Part shown: positions 36,770 through 49,213 of the stretch, in pieces | Position numbering within the stretch: position 1 is the first letter of the stretch | How the letters are laid out: every line of letters starts with the position of its first letter | Origin: Dicyema japonicum | Taxonomy: Eukaryota > Animalia > Dicyemida | Reading direction: 5' to 3' | Assembly (NCBI GenBank): GCA_011109175.1 | Contig: RDEW01000007.1 | Location: 371,712 to 435,711, forward strand | Length of the DNA stretch: 64,000 nt | Position numbers and translations under genes: made by a program | Notes under the pieces: generated by a model | What the model was told of the DNA's origin: nothing | The model's input: the letters and a program-made list of their open reading frames with translations, nothing else | The model's database searches: none

Positions 36770-36981
36770 TATTATTTTCTTTTAGATTTTAAAAATGACA
36801 ATTATTTCATATAATGCTTAATAGTTTGTTTATTTGGTGGGATAGTTGTGATCTTTGCCGTCATTTATCTAATAAAATATAAAAGAAGACGTTTTTATCC
36901 ATTACAGATTGGCATATTTAATTACTAATATTATTTTCTTTTAGATTTTAAAAATGACAATTATTTCATATAATGCTTAAT
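36663..36981. repeat. 159-bp tandem duplication of the TM/cytoplasmic exon and 3' flank
   Basis: TAGTTTGTTTATTTGGTGGGATAG at 36663 and 36822. Confidence 0.9.
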
Positions 36982-37589
36982 ATTTTTGAAGTTGTTAGTT
37001 GGTCTGAGATTGATGTTGTGACGTATCTCTAACGAATGAAACTTCAAGAAAAGTAAAATCTATGTTCAATTTATTATCGTGTCCATCAACGTAGTGATTA
37101 CTTTTTCATTTATGATTATATATAAATAATTCATTGATATTAAACGACCAAAATAACATGGGGGATGTAGAGAAGTGGCTTAGACTGTTTTTGTATTTTA
37201 TAAAGATAGACATTGTATAAGGTGGAGTGATTGTAAAAGTAAGATATCACCGTTGTATGAAAAGTGGTGGATATCTATAGTATTTTTTATTAAGGAGTAA
37301 ATAAAATTTATAATCACAAATTTTACTCGAAAAATATTTCAGAAATTGTGGAATAAATTGGTAGTAAATTTTCCCTTTGATCATAAATTAAAATGGAATA
37401 GCAGACAACATTCTGTGAAGTGGAAAACTCATTTTCGATTCTTTAAAATTTTTAACATAGATAAAAATTTCCAACCCGAAAATATTATTTATTTTTGTGT
37501 TTGACAATAAAATAAAACAATTTAGAAAAATAATCAGTTAATTTATCCCCAGTAAATCATATTTAAAACTGCCATCCATCCAAAGTAAA

Positions 37590-37711
37590 CCCCTACGACA
37601 TTGTCGACGTTGCGTTGCCTCTCACGATTGCAACAGAGATCAACTGGAGTAGCCACCGGGTCTCACGTGCGTCGTGGCTTTTTAGTGTAGCTAAGCGTCC
37701 AAGTTTCTTTA
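37590..37711 (-). mobile_element. CRE-like 3' end
   Basis: RETRWLLQLISVAIVRGNA. Confidence 0.7.
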
Positions 37712-38324
37712 NNNNNNNNNNNNNNNNNNNNNNNNNNNNNNNNNNNNNNNNNNNNNNNNNNNNNNNNNNNNNNNNNNNNNNNNNNNNNNNNNNNNNNNNN
37801 NNNNNNNNNNNNNNNNNNNNNNNNNNNNNNNNNNNNNNNNNNNNNNNNNNNNNNNNNNNNNNNNNNNNNNNNNNNNNNNNNNNNNNNNNNNNNNNNNNNN
37901 NNNNNNNNNNNNNNNNNNNNNNNNNNNNNNNNNNNNNNNNNNNNNNNNNNNNNNNNNNNNNNNNNNNNNNNNNNNNNNNNNNNNNNNNNNNNNNNNNNNN
38001 NNNNNNNNNNNNNNNNNNNNNNNNNNNNNNNNNNNNNNNNNNNNNNNNNNNNNNNNNNNNNNNNNNNNNNNNNNNNNNNNNNNNNNNNNNNNNNNNNNNN
38101 NNNNNNNNNNNNNNNNNNNNNNNNNNNNNNNNNNNNNNNNNNNNNNNNNNNNNNNNNNNNNNNNNNNNNNNNNNNNNNNNNNNNNNNNNNNNNNNNNNNN
38201 NNNNNNNNNNNNNNNNNNNNNNNNNNNNNNNNNNNNNNNNNNNNNNNNNNNNNNNNNNNNNNNNNNNNNNNNNNNNNNNNNNNNNNNNNNNNNNNNNNNN
38301 NNNNNNNNNNNNNNNNNNNNNNNN
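37712..38324. other. Assembly gap (613 N)
   Basis: Run of N. Confidence 1.
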
Positions 38325-38799
38325 GTGTTTGTCAGGAAAAATTGTGTACGCAATTTTGTGAACAAATATAATTTTGAAATTAATTAAATTTTGATAATTT
38401 GTTATTAGACAAAGATTCTTTTCGATGCCATCGAAGATAAAAAAAAAACGTTTTTATTAAGTGAAGTGAGATTAGAGAGAGGAGGAAATTGAATTGAAAT
38501 ATAAGCAAATATTTTGTGATGTGTATGGAGTTTAATCGAAATGACAATAAATAAGGTTAAAACCTTTGATGAATATTTATAGTCGAATTCAGACTGATAT
38601 CTTGAATGATGTTAGTCAGTCTTTTGTTATTTCTTAGTAAAATCACTTAGAAATGCGACCACACAATATCCTCAACCATCTCCCAATCCTTCCACTTTTT
38701 AATCTAATATCCCATTTGACCTTAAATTAACTATGTATTAACCACTGCGCTTGATCACTCTCAGCGCTCGCGACATATTAATTAACCAACCTTCGAAAA

Positions 38800-40530
38800 T
38801 CAAACCTTTACCTCAGGAAAAAATGACAGACTTTTCTCTGAAATTGATGCTTAATTTGGAGGTAATTTTTCGAATGTTCATTTACACACACCAGGGTAGC
38901 AAAAGTGTCTATTATTCATTCAGGAAACTAAGTATCCGACGAACTTATGATGACTATGAAAAACACAGATTTCTGTTTCTGGGCCCGGACTTTAGGGACT
39001 GTGGAATGTCTTGTGTGAACAATAGAAATCATTTGAAAATCAATGAAAGGATTTTCATAATCAAAATATTGATTATTAATAAATTAGAAACTCGAAAATG
39101 CACACGCCTACATGTCTTTGAGAATTGGCTTCTCAAGAAGAGCGTGGAGGAATCGGACACGGAAGATGGTTCACGGTGTTGCAGAAGCGTCGAGGAGATA
39201 ACTTGTTTAGTTGAGATTTNTTAAAGACTGACCGAGGGCGAATGATGAAAATTCTATATGATTTTTTGACTTTCTGCAAGTCCCTCACTGATTCATTAAC
39301 AAATATAGAAGCTGCATCTAAATTGGGCCAGTGTCCAGCCGAGTCATCTTCCCCAATTGAAGAAATCATCTATGCCTTCGAAACATTGATAAGACTACGA
39401 AAAAGCTTGCTTCCAGTTGGCCAAGTACTACGGTCTATTGTCTTGTGAGGAAGATATTGAAGATTTTAAATTGTTGCCTTATAATTTATGGACACTGTCA
39501 CGAGGCAATTATAATGTTTGCTACTTCCTTGCGGTATGGAAGTAAATGAATCTATGCAGGCAATGATCTTCTTTTTTTTCTGAAAATTCTTGATCTTCCC
39601 AATAAGATGAAATGAGAACTAATGTACAGAAACTGGAATTCTTTTTAATTTATCTTCCACATATTAATTCATGGTTGTGCTTTCTTAGTTCACCAAAAAA
39701 ATTTGTCATACCAATAACAAAATCTTTAAATTTTGTATATATGGTTGTTACTCAAATAGAATATTCTGGTCAAACTGCTGCATTCCTACCCATAACAGAA
39801 TCTGGGGGATGGTCACCATTTCAGAGGTAGTCTTTATTGTCATTCAGTCCTCTGTTCCAATGAGAGTTGAAACATGTCGACAAATATTCAGTCTTGTCAG
39901 GTAGACAATTCAATAATTCTTATGGGGGATAAAAGTCTGAGGAAACTACTGTTCAGGTTATTTTCTTTTCCAACCTCAGACTCTACCAGTCTTCTTCACC
40001 AAGGAAAACTTTTGGTCCTTCTCAGTCTTTTCGACAAATATTTACCCACGTGGGTTACAAATAGTCGTTATATGTGCCAAATTATGCTCCCATTCCAATT
40101 GCAAATGACTTCTAATATTCCTGAGGTTCCTTTACATGTTCGATATACCTCTTAACAAATACATATAAAAGGGTTCAATGATAACATTGAGGTACTACCC
40201 TCTTAGCAGAAACCAAAAAAGCTATGTTTGTTGTACAGTGATAAGATAACACGTTTTAAATGTACAAACCAAAAGTATGGATTTGATTATTATTATTGAG
40301 GACGATTTCTGGAAGGATAGCAGAATGATCATTTTTTTACGTTTGTTAACTTCTTTCTTAGAAACAACCTGAAGAGCAAACAACGGAATCTTTCATAGAA
40401 CAAAAGTTACACCTTTTTTTGACTTCAAGTTGTGATCCCCCTCAATGAGGAGTGTGGGCTTATTGAATGGGTTTATAATACTCATAGTTTCTGAATCACT
40501 TTGTCTGATATTTACAAAGATCGTGGAATG
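38800..40530 (+). pseudogene. ATR: ATR kinase fragment (FAT region plus N-lobe of the PIKK domain) retaining tiny introns; premature stops; truncated
   Basis: FQLAKYY; FATSLRYGSK*IY; IMLPFQ; GFNDNIEVLPS*QKPKK; KPK|DDFWKDSRM (intron 40275-40300); |VIPLNEECGLIEWV (intron 40406-40429). The 5' boundary is approximate. Confidence 0.85.
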
Positions 40531-40545
40531 TTCGTTTCTCTTTAG

Positions 40546-41160
40546 ATTCTGAGGAAAGTTGCCCCGTCGATTACTGTTTCAATGGAGGACGGTATTGTGG
40601 ACTATTCGAATTATTTCCGTCTTTATATTACCACTAACATGCGTAATCCCCCTATTTACCTGAAACGTCTGTAAAAGTGACTTCTAAACTGTATGATGAC
40701 GTCTGAAGGGGTGGAGGATCAACTCCTGGAAACATACTGCTCTGATCATCCAAACAGCTGTAAATAAGCAGTAGAATGCTAACTAATTGGTAGACAATAT
40801 AATACTGGAAATTTTATTTTCTTACAAAAGAAATATTTTGGAACAAGAATCCTCAACCTTTTTGCTGTCGCGTACGGGGGTAGATTTCCAGCCGTTGTTG
40901 AGGATCACAACAAGGGTCACAAGAAAATTTTAAATTTTAAGATCATAGGAGAACTGACAGTCAAGTAAAATTAATGCGTAATTTTGCATAGACTTCACAT
41001 TTGGAAAAATTTCAAGACGAATGAAAGGATCTTTCACTATTAAGAAGGGCTATGGTCGGTCCTTAGATGCATCAGACCTGACAAGATGTCGGCGGCCATT
41101 CATGCTTTTGTTGCATCGAACATTGGTTGTTTTAAATATGTTGAGTCTTCACCACTTGAT
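40546..41160 (+). pseudogene. Axonemal dynein heavy chain fragments (AAA5 region and pre-AAA6), internally deleted
   Basis: VDYSNYFRLYITTNMRNP.YLPETSVKVT..MMTSEG.EDQLL; LIIQTAVNKQ; LRCIRPDKM..FV..KYVE..PLDL. Confidence 0.8.
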
Positions 41161-42571
41161 TTGCACGTGACACTCGCAGTACTTTCCAAAGACTTTAATC
41201 TCCAAAATATTAATTAGAATTTCGCCTTTTGCTTACAAGCTACCTGAGCAAGGCTTTCCCCGATTCAGTGTTACAGAATGGAGTGAAAATGACTAATGGA
41301 TTTCCTTCAGAACTTCGATGCAACCTTCAAATATCATACCAATTTGATTCCATCAATGATATGGATTTTTTCGACGATGCCAAGTAATCTGTAATTGTCT
41401 AGTAATTTGACATAAATATTGGAGGAAATTGTTGTTTTTATGTGCTTCTTTAATGCACTGATTAAGGAACGAAGAATATTTGGACCTTTGGGATGGAATA
41501 TTCCATACGAATTAATAAGACTGATTTGAGAATCAGCGTGAGACAGCGTACAATGTATCTTAATGGACATACAAATAAGTCCCTGAGATACATATCAGGT
41601 GAATGTAATTATTAGGGCTATTTTGATAGCAGTTATAATCTAAAATATAGCACTAAAACAATTTAGCATTTATAAACAATTAATTATAAATATATTTTAT
41701 TTTTTTTACAGCATTTGTGAGTCATGCGACATGGTTCACCTACTCTGGTGGCGCCAGATATAATTTTAAATTATATTCAAAAAGGACCATTAGTAAACAA
41801 CCATCTAGAGGAGTTCCCCCTGGACGGCACTTCCTTCATGTCCAAGCATGCGAAGACTGCTGATGGTGGCCGAGATCACTTGATTTTTTCCTTCTGGTTC
41901 AATAAATTTAAAAATAAGAATGAGGTATATCTGAGTTACCCCTGATATCTCACACAAATGCTGACATAAACAAAGATCAACCAAAAATCACTTCACTTTG
42001 ATGATATTCTTAAGACATAGGTTAATTTAGAAATTTATCTCAGAAAATATATGACTCATCTTCATGGACGGTACCGACGTGATCAGACATTCCTACCACG
42101 TGTTCACTTGTCCCTAATTTAAAGCACTGTTCAGTACATTGATCCTCAAAGGGTGAAATGTTCTTTGATATTAACACATGGTGAGTTTATTAAAGCACTG
42201 TATTGGGTACATGAACATTAAACTGGCCCAGGTATCTTATGGTTATTTAGACGGGGATTGGGATTATCACAGAAAGGATATTTCAAAGTTCGCGGATGCC
42301 ACATATCAGAGATTTGATAAGGACAGATTCGTATTCGGAATTTTCACTGTTGAATGTGATTTCGCATATTGATTTTTTTGCATTGCACAAGAAAATGATG
42401 CTCTGTCCCCATTTGAAGGGAGTGACTTTTATCAATTAAATGAAGGAGGCCCATTTTATAGATTCTAACTTATTTCCAAGTATGGATGTCCCAAGAGGCT
42501 ATTGGGTTGTTATATGAGGCAGCTAATGTCGTAGAGTAAAGTACAGTCTTCAGAGTAAAAACATTCTAGAG

Positions 42572-43890
42572 CAGAGGTTCCCAACCTGGGTTCCGCGAAG
42601 TTCAAAAATTTTTTTAAATTCAAAAGAATAATTTTCAAAACGAATTGATTTAATTTGCCCGTGTCTAAATGAAGTCTTGTGACTGTGCATATTTTAAAGT
42701 TCGATCTTATCGAGAAAGTTATATTGCTTTGGTTTCACATGGACTGGAAACATGGATTGTCCTCTACCACTGTTGTGCGGCGAAAAATTTGCGATAGTTC
42801 TATGGCTCCAACGAAGCTCAGACGTTATTTCTCAACCAAATACCCAGAACTTTCAAAGAAAAAAATATTTTATGCGGAAATTGGACCACAATAAAGTTCA
42901 AGCATCCCGCTTTCACAAAAAATTAAAAATAAACGAAAAAGTACTGCATGCTAGTTATGATGTTACTGAGATTACCGCTAGAAATATGAAATCCCATACT
43001 CTCGCCGAAACTGTTATTTTGTCTGCATGCAAAGAAGTAGTGAAGACAATGTTCGGAGAAATTGCTGCCGCTGAGCTCGACTTAATTCCTATTTCTAATA
43101 ATTCTGTGAGCAGACGCATCAAGGATATGTCTGATGACATTGAAACACTTTGGTTTGGCGAATAAAAAAATCTAAATTTTTTTGTGCTTCAAATGGATGA
43201 AAGCTCATATATTACAAAAATGAAACTCCTTGATTTCGTTCGATACTTGAACGATGAATCCATTGCTGAAGATTTTCTTTGCTGCAAAGAGTTTTTCGGA
43301 ACAACAAAGGGATATGGCATTCTCAGTCTTATAAATTCATATTTTGAGGATATAGAGTTATTGGAATGCATGTGTGGGTTTCTGCACTGATGGTGATCCA
43401 GCAACGACTGGGCAATTTATAGGCTTTGCTTCTTTAAGAAAAAAGAATCCGAACATTATTCACGTATTTTCACCCAATCAGTTGAACTCAATGATTGGCT
43501 GAGGAATTTTTTTGCTGAGTACGAAATAACTGGAAACGAGCGATCATTAAAAGAGGAAGTACTTGCGTTTGTTTCAAGACAGAACGTTAAATGGAATATT
43601 TACAGATATTGATTCGTTTTGGCTGATTGTCAAAAAAGAATAACCTACTCTGGTAAACATAACTTTAAGAGTTTTGGTTCACTTATCTCTGTGAAAGTGA
43701 ATTTTCTGCATTAACAAATATAAAGCATAAACAACGAGCGAACCTACTGTATGTGGAAGATCTGCGTTTATCTCATAATTACAGAGCTATGCAAGAGACA
43801 TCATCCTCAACCATCTCACTATTGAAGTAGCATTTTATTTTTTATATTAGTAAAATATAATTGTTAAAACTGTACTATAAGGGTTCCGTA
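42572..43890 (+). mobile_element. hAT Charlie/ZBED5-like transposon, decayed
   Basis: Terminus CAGAGGTTCCCAACC; CGEK..SSMAPTKLRR; SHTLAETVILSACKEVV; ISNNSVSRRIKDMSDDIE; LQMDES. Confidence 0.85.
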
Positions 43891-43894
43891 TAAA

Positions 43895-44345
43895 ATGCAG
43901 ACTGGTTAATGCAATCGTGTTCTTGGTTTTTCTATACGGCGCAGAATCATGGATACTGAAAAAGCCGGATAGACGAAAAATTGATGCTCTTGAGCTGTGG
44001 TGCTGGAGGTTACTAAAAATCCTTTGGACTTAAAAAAAATAACAAACATCGATGTACTCAAACGGGTAGAGACGGACATTTCGCTAGAAGGAAGAATCGT
44101 AAAACACAGATTGGCGTTCTTTGGGCATGTTGTCCACTCTGATTCACTGAAAGAACCATTATGCTGAGCAATATTACTGGGAAGAGAAGACCTGGCCGAC
44201 TGAGGACTCGGTGGCTATTCACGGTGGAAGACGTCACGGGAATGCCTATATCAAGGCTACTCCAAATTGCAACGGATCGGGGAGAGTGGAGGAAACTCGT
44301 TCATGAGATCTCCAAGGATCGGACTTAATTGGATAACATAACATT
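43895..44345 (+). mobile_element. RTE (BovB-like) 3' end
   Basis: YGAESWILKK.DRRKIDALELWCWR; GKRRPGR; DRGEWR; ATAACATAAC tail. Confidence 0.85.
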
Positions 44346-44700
44346 TTTCAAGTTCTTCAAAATGATTTATCGCGTCTGCATACCTAATTTCCTTGTTATC
44401 TCCATCTTCTTCACAGCTTTCAAAACTTGACTCTTGGATTTTTTTCCAAAAATTCTTCATCAAACAAATTTTCATCATTTGTAGAAAAGTCATTGAAATC
44501 ATATTTTTGGAGCTGAAATTATCAAGGGTTTTATTCGATGCATTCAAATTTGTTTCATTTTTTTTCTCGGTTTTTTCTTCCTCTGTAATTTTCCAATTTT
44601 TAAACGCCTTTTCAAAACAATTTTTATTGTATCTGACGAAACATCCATGAAGCTTTCAAAATATGAATATTCAATTTGTTAGCAATTTTAAGCGCCATTT
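44345..44700 (-). mobile_element. Tigger-like C-terminal fragment
   Basis: Acidic ESCEEDGDNKEIRYADAINHFEEL. Confidence 0.45.
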
Positions 44701-44719
44701 CCTGAAGGATTCTGGTTGA

Positions 44720-45150
44720 GGTGGTGACGACATCTCTATTGCAGTCTTATTCGTATTCCTTACCAACTTCTCCGTTCACTCTGGTAACTTTTAATTGCAG
44801 AGGACTTAAACAACCTCACAAAAAACACCAACAAAATACAACATCTCTGTATGCTGTCTACAAGAGACAAAAACGACCGTACAATGTAGAGAACTGTCTG
44901 GCAAAATCCACCTTTTTACCCTCTCATCGGCCTGCCGACATTATGGTCTCGGATTTGCAGTCTACCAGGACCTGATTTACTGTGCTACAAAAACGTGGGC
45001 AGCATTTGACCATGTCGCAGTGCTGCAAATCAAATGCGGAAACAAAATCAACTCAGTCATTTCCATTATAAATGTATGTGCCCCAACCGGAGCGCGAGTC
45101 TTAACAAATATCAAAGAGCTGGACTCTTTTTACTCTACTCTCCCTAGAAT
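44720..45150 (+). mobile_element. RTE-clade endonuclease 5' fragment
   Basis: TFNCRGL, CCLQETK, YGLGF, INVCAPT, DSFYSTL. Confidence 0.8.
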
Positions 45151-47035
45151 ATGCAAACCTTTTGTCATCCGGTACTAACCTATAACTCTGAGACTCGAGG
45201 AATCTCTAACATAACTTACCTAAAAAGCAGAGATAAAAAATAATAGTCGATTCTTTCTCATGAGAAGAAGGAAGAGAGAGGTTTTTATTCACCATGAACC
45301 AAGTATGCATTTCAAGCATAGAGGTACGTAACCATATCAATCTTTAGGATCGTTGTCTACTTGAAAATCGTCACTTCAAATTGTTTAAATAAAAGCGCCT
45401 CGAGATATTTGAGATTAAAGAATATTTATCCCAGGAACACAATGAGGGGATACAACTTATCGTATAATTAATCGATCCAGGTGTCTAATCCTTGCTTCTT
45501 ATTTTGTCTTGGAATCTTCTCATACCTTGGGAAGAATTCCGGGATGATCTAACTTCCTAGGAAAATTCTCTAGAGGTTTGCTAACTTAAGGAAATCTCCC
45601 TACCATTCTGTCAGAAGATTATCATTATCATCCCACACAGACAAAGGTTTACCGTCTCGAGGGTCCAATAGCACTCTGAAGTTGCGGTTACGTATTATTT
45701 CCAAATGCAAATTAAAATACTCAAATAATCAAATAAATTATAATAATAAAAAAAAAAAAAAATAAAAAAAACCGAAAAGATAATTATAATTAATAATGCT
45801 CTGTTTTAGATTTTTCAAGGATAAACTCCGCTTTGTCTTTAATTTTTTGGCTGAGGTCTTCCAGAATATCCCTTTTATGAGCATTTTCCTTTTCCATAAA
45901 CTTAATAAATTTGGAAGTGTCTTCAAATATCATATTAGCATTTCTTGGACATCCGTCCTCTCTCGTGGCAGTAGTTTATTCAAATCTTCAATAACATTAT
46001 TTAACTGGGGACTATTCCAATCATCATCATTCCACCAGGACATTTTTAGACTTTACGTTGCTTCTCTATATATAATGTTTACTCTTGGGTAATCAATTAA
46101 TTACAATAGCTACTTCCCCCGTTGATTTGTTGCATCAGAAATTGCATAATATTATTCACATGGGAGTCAACACTTAACCTCTTCAATTAGCTTGAGCTTA
46201 CGATGTCAGTCTGATGCACCATGGCATAGCTTTAAGTATACTTGATCTTCTCACCGTTGAATGTTCTCCCCCTTTTTATTGGACTTGAAGAAATCGGAAA
46301 TCCAAAGTTCTAAAATAAGAAAGCATCGAATACACCAATGTTTGTGTTTAATTCCGTCTGCTACACATTGGGGGATTTGGAACTAGCATTCTATACTTTT
46401 TAGACAGATAATGCCCCAGAGTTTTTGCCAAAAGGGATCGAACATGGATCCCACGTATATCATACTTTATTTTGTTCAGAACCTCATGATTTATGATGTC
46501 TTGAGTCAATCAAATCGTACATGCTCAAAAGAAAAAATGCAGAGGCTTTCATCCATCAAGAAGCTAAATAGATATTCCTGTGAAATAGAGGTACGTCTCC
46601 ACCTCATCCTTTCGACCTATCAACAAGTTGGTTAGCTAGTCAATTCTAGAATGTTCTTAATAGTACATTAGAATATCCTGATGAGTTTAAAGGCAAACCA
46701 CATGAGATTATCGCTAATTTATTAGAATGCAGTATTGAGAAGCTGAATTATCTTTCCACGATTTATCTCAGTTGATGTGAGATTTTTAAGATTCGTGCAC
46801 GTGAATTGAACTTAATCCTCTGGGGATGAACCCAAATATAAAAAATCGCCTATAGAATTGTCGCTATGAGCCCTGCTAGTATTTTAGTGGAGTGGATTAT
46901 CTTAAAGTCGAGGTTCAGTGAGTTTGATGATATTGGTTAGTTTATCGAGGATATTGAAGCAATAATTATTATTCCGGTTCTTTCAAGTGGAGAAATCGAT
47001 GACCAAAGTTGTTGCTTTTAGAGGTCATTCTATTT

Positions 47036-47249
47036 AATCCGATGGAGCAAAGAGGTCGAAGGTGTGGCTGGGCTATGGGAAAGATTACTTTTTTGTATTA
47101 GTTGAAAAGGAAGGAAAGCTCTGGAGCTATTGGGAGAGTGAATAATCCGATGGAGCAAAGAGGTCGAAGGTGTGGCTAGACTATGGGAAAGATTACTTTT
47201 TGTATTAGTTGAAGAGGAAGGAAAGCTCAGGAGCTATTGGAGAGTGAGT
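47036..47249. repeat. 108-bp tandem duplication (2 copies)
   Basis: AATCCGATGGAGCAAAGAGGTCGAAGG at 47036 and 47144. Confidence 0.9.
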
Positions 47250-47369
47250 AAAGAAATCTTAACGAAATCGGAAGTGCGATTGATTCACAACTCATGGTTT
47301 TTACAGCGCCTAAAAATGGCCATTATCCGCTGCAAAACCATCTGACTTTCACTTTTAGTGTATTCATTG

Positions 47370-47680
47370 ATTATTATTATTGGCAGTTAACCTATGTTAT
47401 AGGACGTGACAGAGCACGTGCAACAAAGAAAATCAAATTACTAGTTAGCTCCTTCCATTTCTAACTACTCTTTGCCATGTTGCATAACCAGTCAAGGTCC
47501 TCCCCGTCCAAAAGGCATCTCCCGATTTTTTTTAGGTCTTTAACAAGGACGGTCGGTAGGGCTGTTCTCGGTCGACAACGGAAACTAAAACAAAGTAGTC
47601 ATTCATGAGGGTCCCCAGTTCCAAACGAAGTAAATGTCCAAACAACTTCCATCCTGCCTCATATATGTCCATGTCTAGTT
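47370..47680 (-). mobile_element. RTE-clade 3' end
   Basis: FRCRPRTALPTVLVKDL..DGEDLDWL. Confidence 0.7.
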
Positions 47681-49213
47681 AAGCACATGATTTATAAGTT
47701 CATTTATAATGAACCCTGACTAAGATTTTCAAAAGCGACAATTTAAAATGTTTTTATAATAATTAAAATATTAGAATTGATTATTTTTTAATTTCCCACA
47801 TAAAATATTATTAATTTTAAACTCGCTAAAACTTATTTACATACAACGTGCTTTCTATAATTTCTATGGCTCTCGTGAAGTGCTTAGATAATAATAATAA
47901 CGTGCATTCTATCCATGAAGGAAATTGCTGCCCCGCATGGAGGACGACTTGAGCGAAAACGAAAAGAAGATCCAAGATTTGTGGTATTTTGAAAATCTGC
48001 TGCCTCAAATGGGTGTCGGACTGTATAAAGTTAACACATCCCCACTATTGAGTAATATTGAAAGAAAATTTGTGCCTTACAAAAAGTTCTCATTGGACAA
48101 TAAATTGTATCATGGTAGACTCCCAAATTAGAATCAATAAGGTTTCTAATTTCGTCAAGGGATCTGTATACATTGTGACTTTGGTACTGATCCTTTCATG
48201 AAAGATGAGAAGTTTTTCAATCCGATGACTTGAACTCGGATCCTATGGTCATCATTTTTCTCCATTGTTTCGCGATGGTTTGAAAGCGGCATAACAGAGG
48301 ACACGATACTATTTTATTCAAAAACTCTAAAAATTAAAAAATAAAAAGTCAATAAAAATTTGGACTTTGTTGACTTAAAAATTAAATTTTGATTTTTGTT
48401 ATTATCCAAAATTTTGAATTTTTGACTTTATAACTTTTGATTAATAATCACATTTTTATAAGTTTTAGACAATTTTATGATCTGATCATTCGAATCATTG
48501 CTTTTAATCCAAAAACGTTGTCTATTTAAGCTTAGTAGCAACATAGAATGATATTAATCATCCCACACGTGTTGCTTCTGACAAATGATCCCTCGACTTT
48601 TTTCAATTTCTGTTGAATGAGAATCGAACATTGATTTTAATGGACACGACAGTTATCAAAACTTAGGGTTTACTATGTCGTCGACTTTGCCACCTCATCC
48701 ATTTTACTGCGAACATCTCCATTTGAAGACGATGATGAGAACTAGTCGGTAATTAACTCTTCTAAGAAAACATCGAGGATCTCAGGATGTGGAGTTACCC
48801 CCAGACCAACTAAAGTAGTAAGGAAATTAAGTTAATCCAGTTATCACCGTCGACATGACCAATTAATTATCTCGGAACCCTCCAAGGACTGCTCTGAAGG
48901 ATTAGGAAGACAAAATGACTAAGCGTTTGCCATAAAGCTAATTTATTCAGAAATATAAAATAAGTCTGTAAATTTGTTAATTTGGGATCGCAGTTGTCCG
49001 TGAAAACGCAGAAAAGCTTACTCCGTAATGTCAGCAGCCACTCTCCCCATAGTTAATAAATAATATTTTATTGTTAAATAAATTTTTACAATTTGTTAAT
49101 TGACAATTTTTGTGCTAATTAAGTGTTTCTGCTTTAACAACATATGTATATTCTTAATTAACACTTGATGTTTCAAAATTACACTTAAATAGATTTTATT
49201 CACAATTAGCAAA

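Noticed and set aside
37615-38365. Long ORFs of 248 and 218 aa in the ORF track
   Set aside because: They merely span the 613-N gap
38640-42570. Helitron or Pack-MULE as carrier of the ATR/dynein mosaic
   Set aside because: No TIRs, TSD or 3' hairpin plus CTRR end could be identified by eye
46678-46699. Hammerhead ribozyme (CTGATGAG...CAAAC)
   Set aside because: Lacks the required GAAA and a stable stem II
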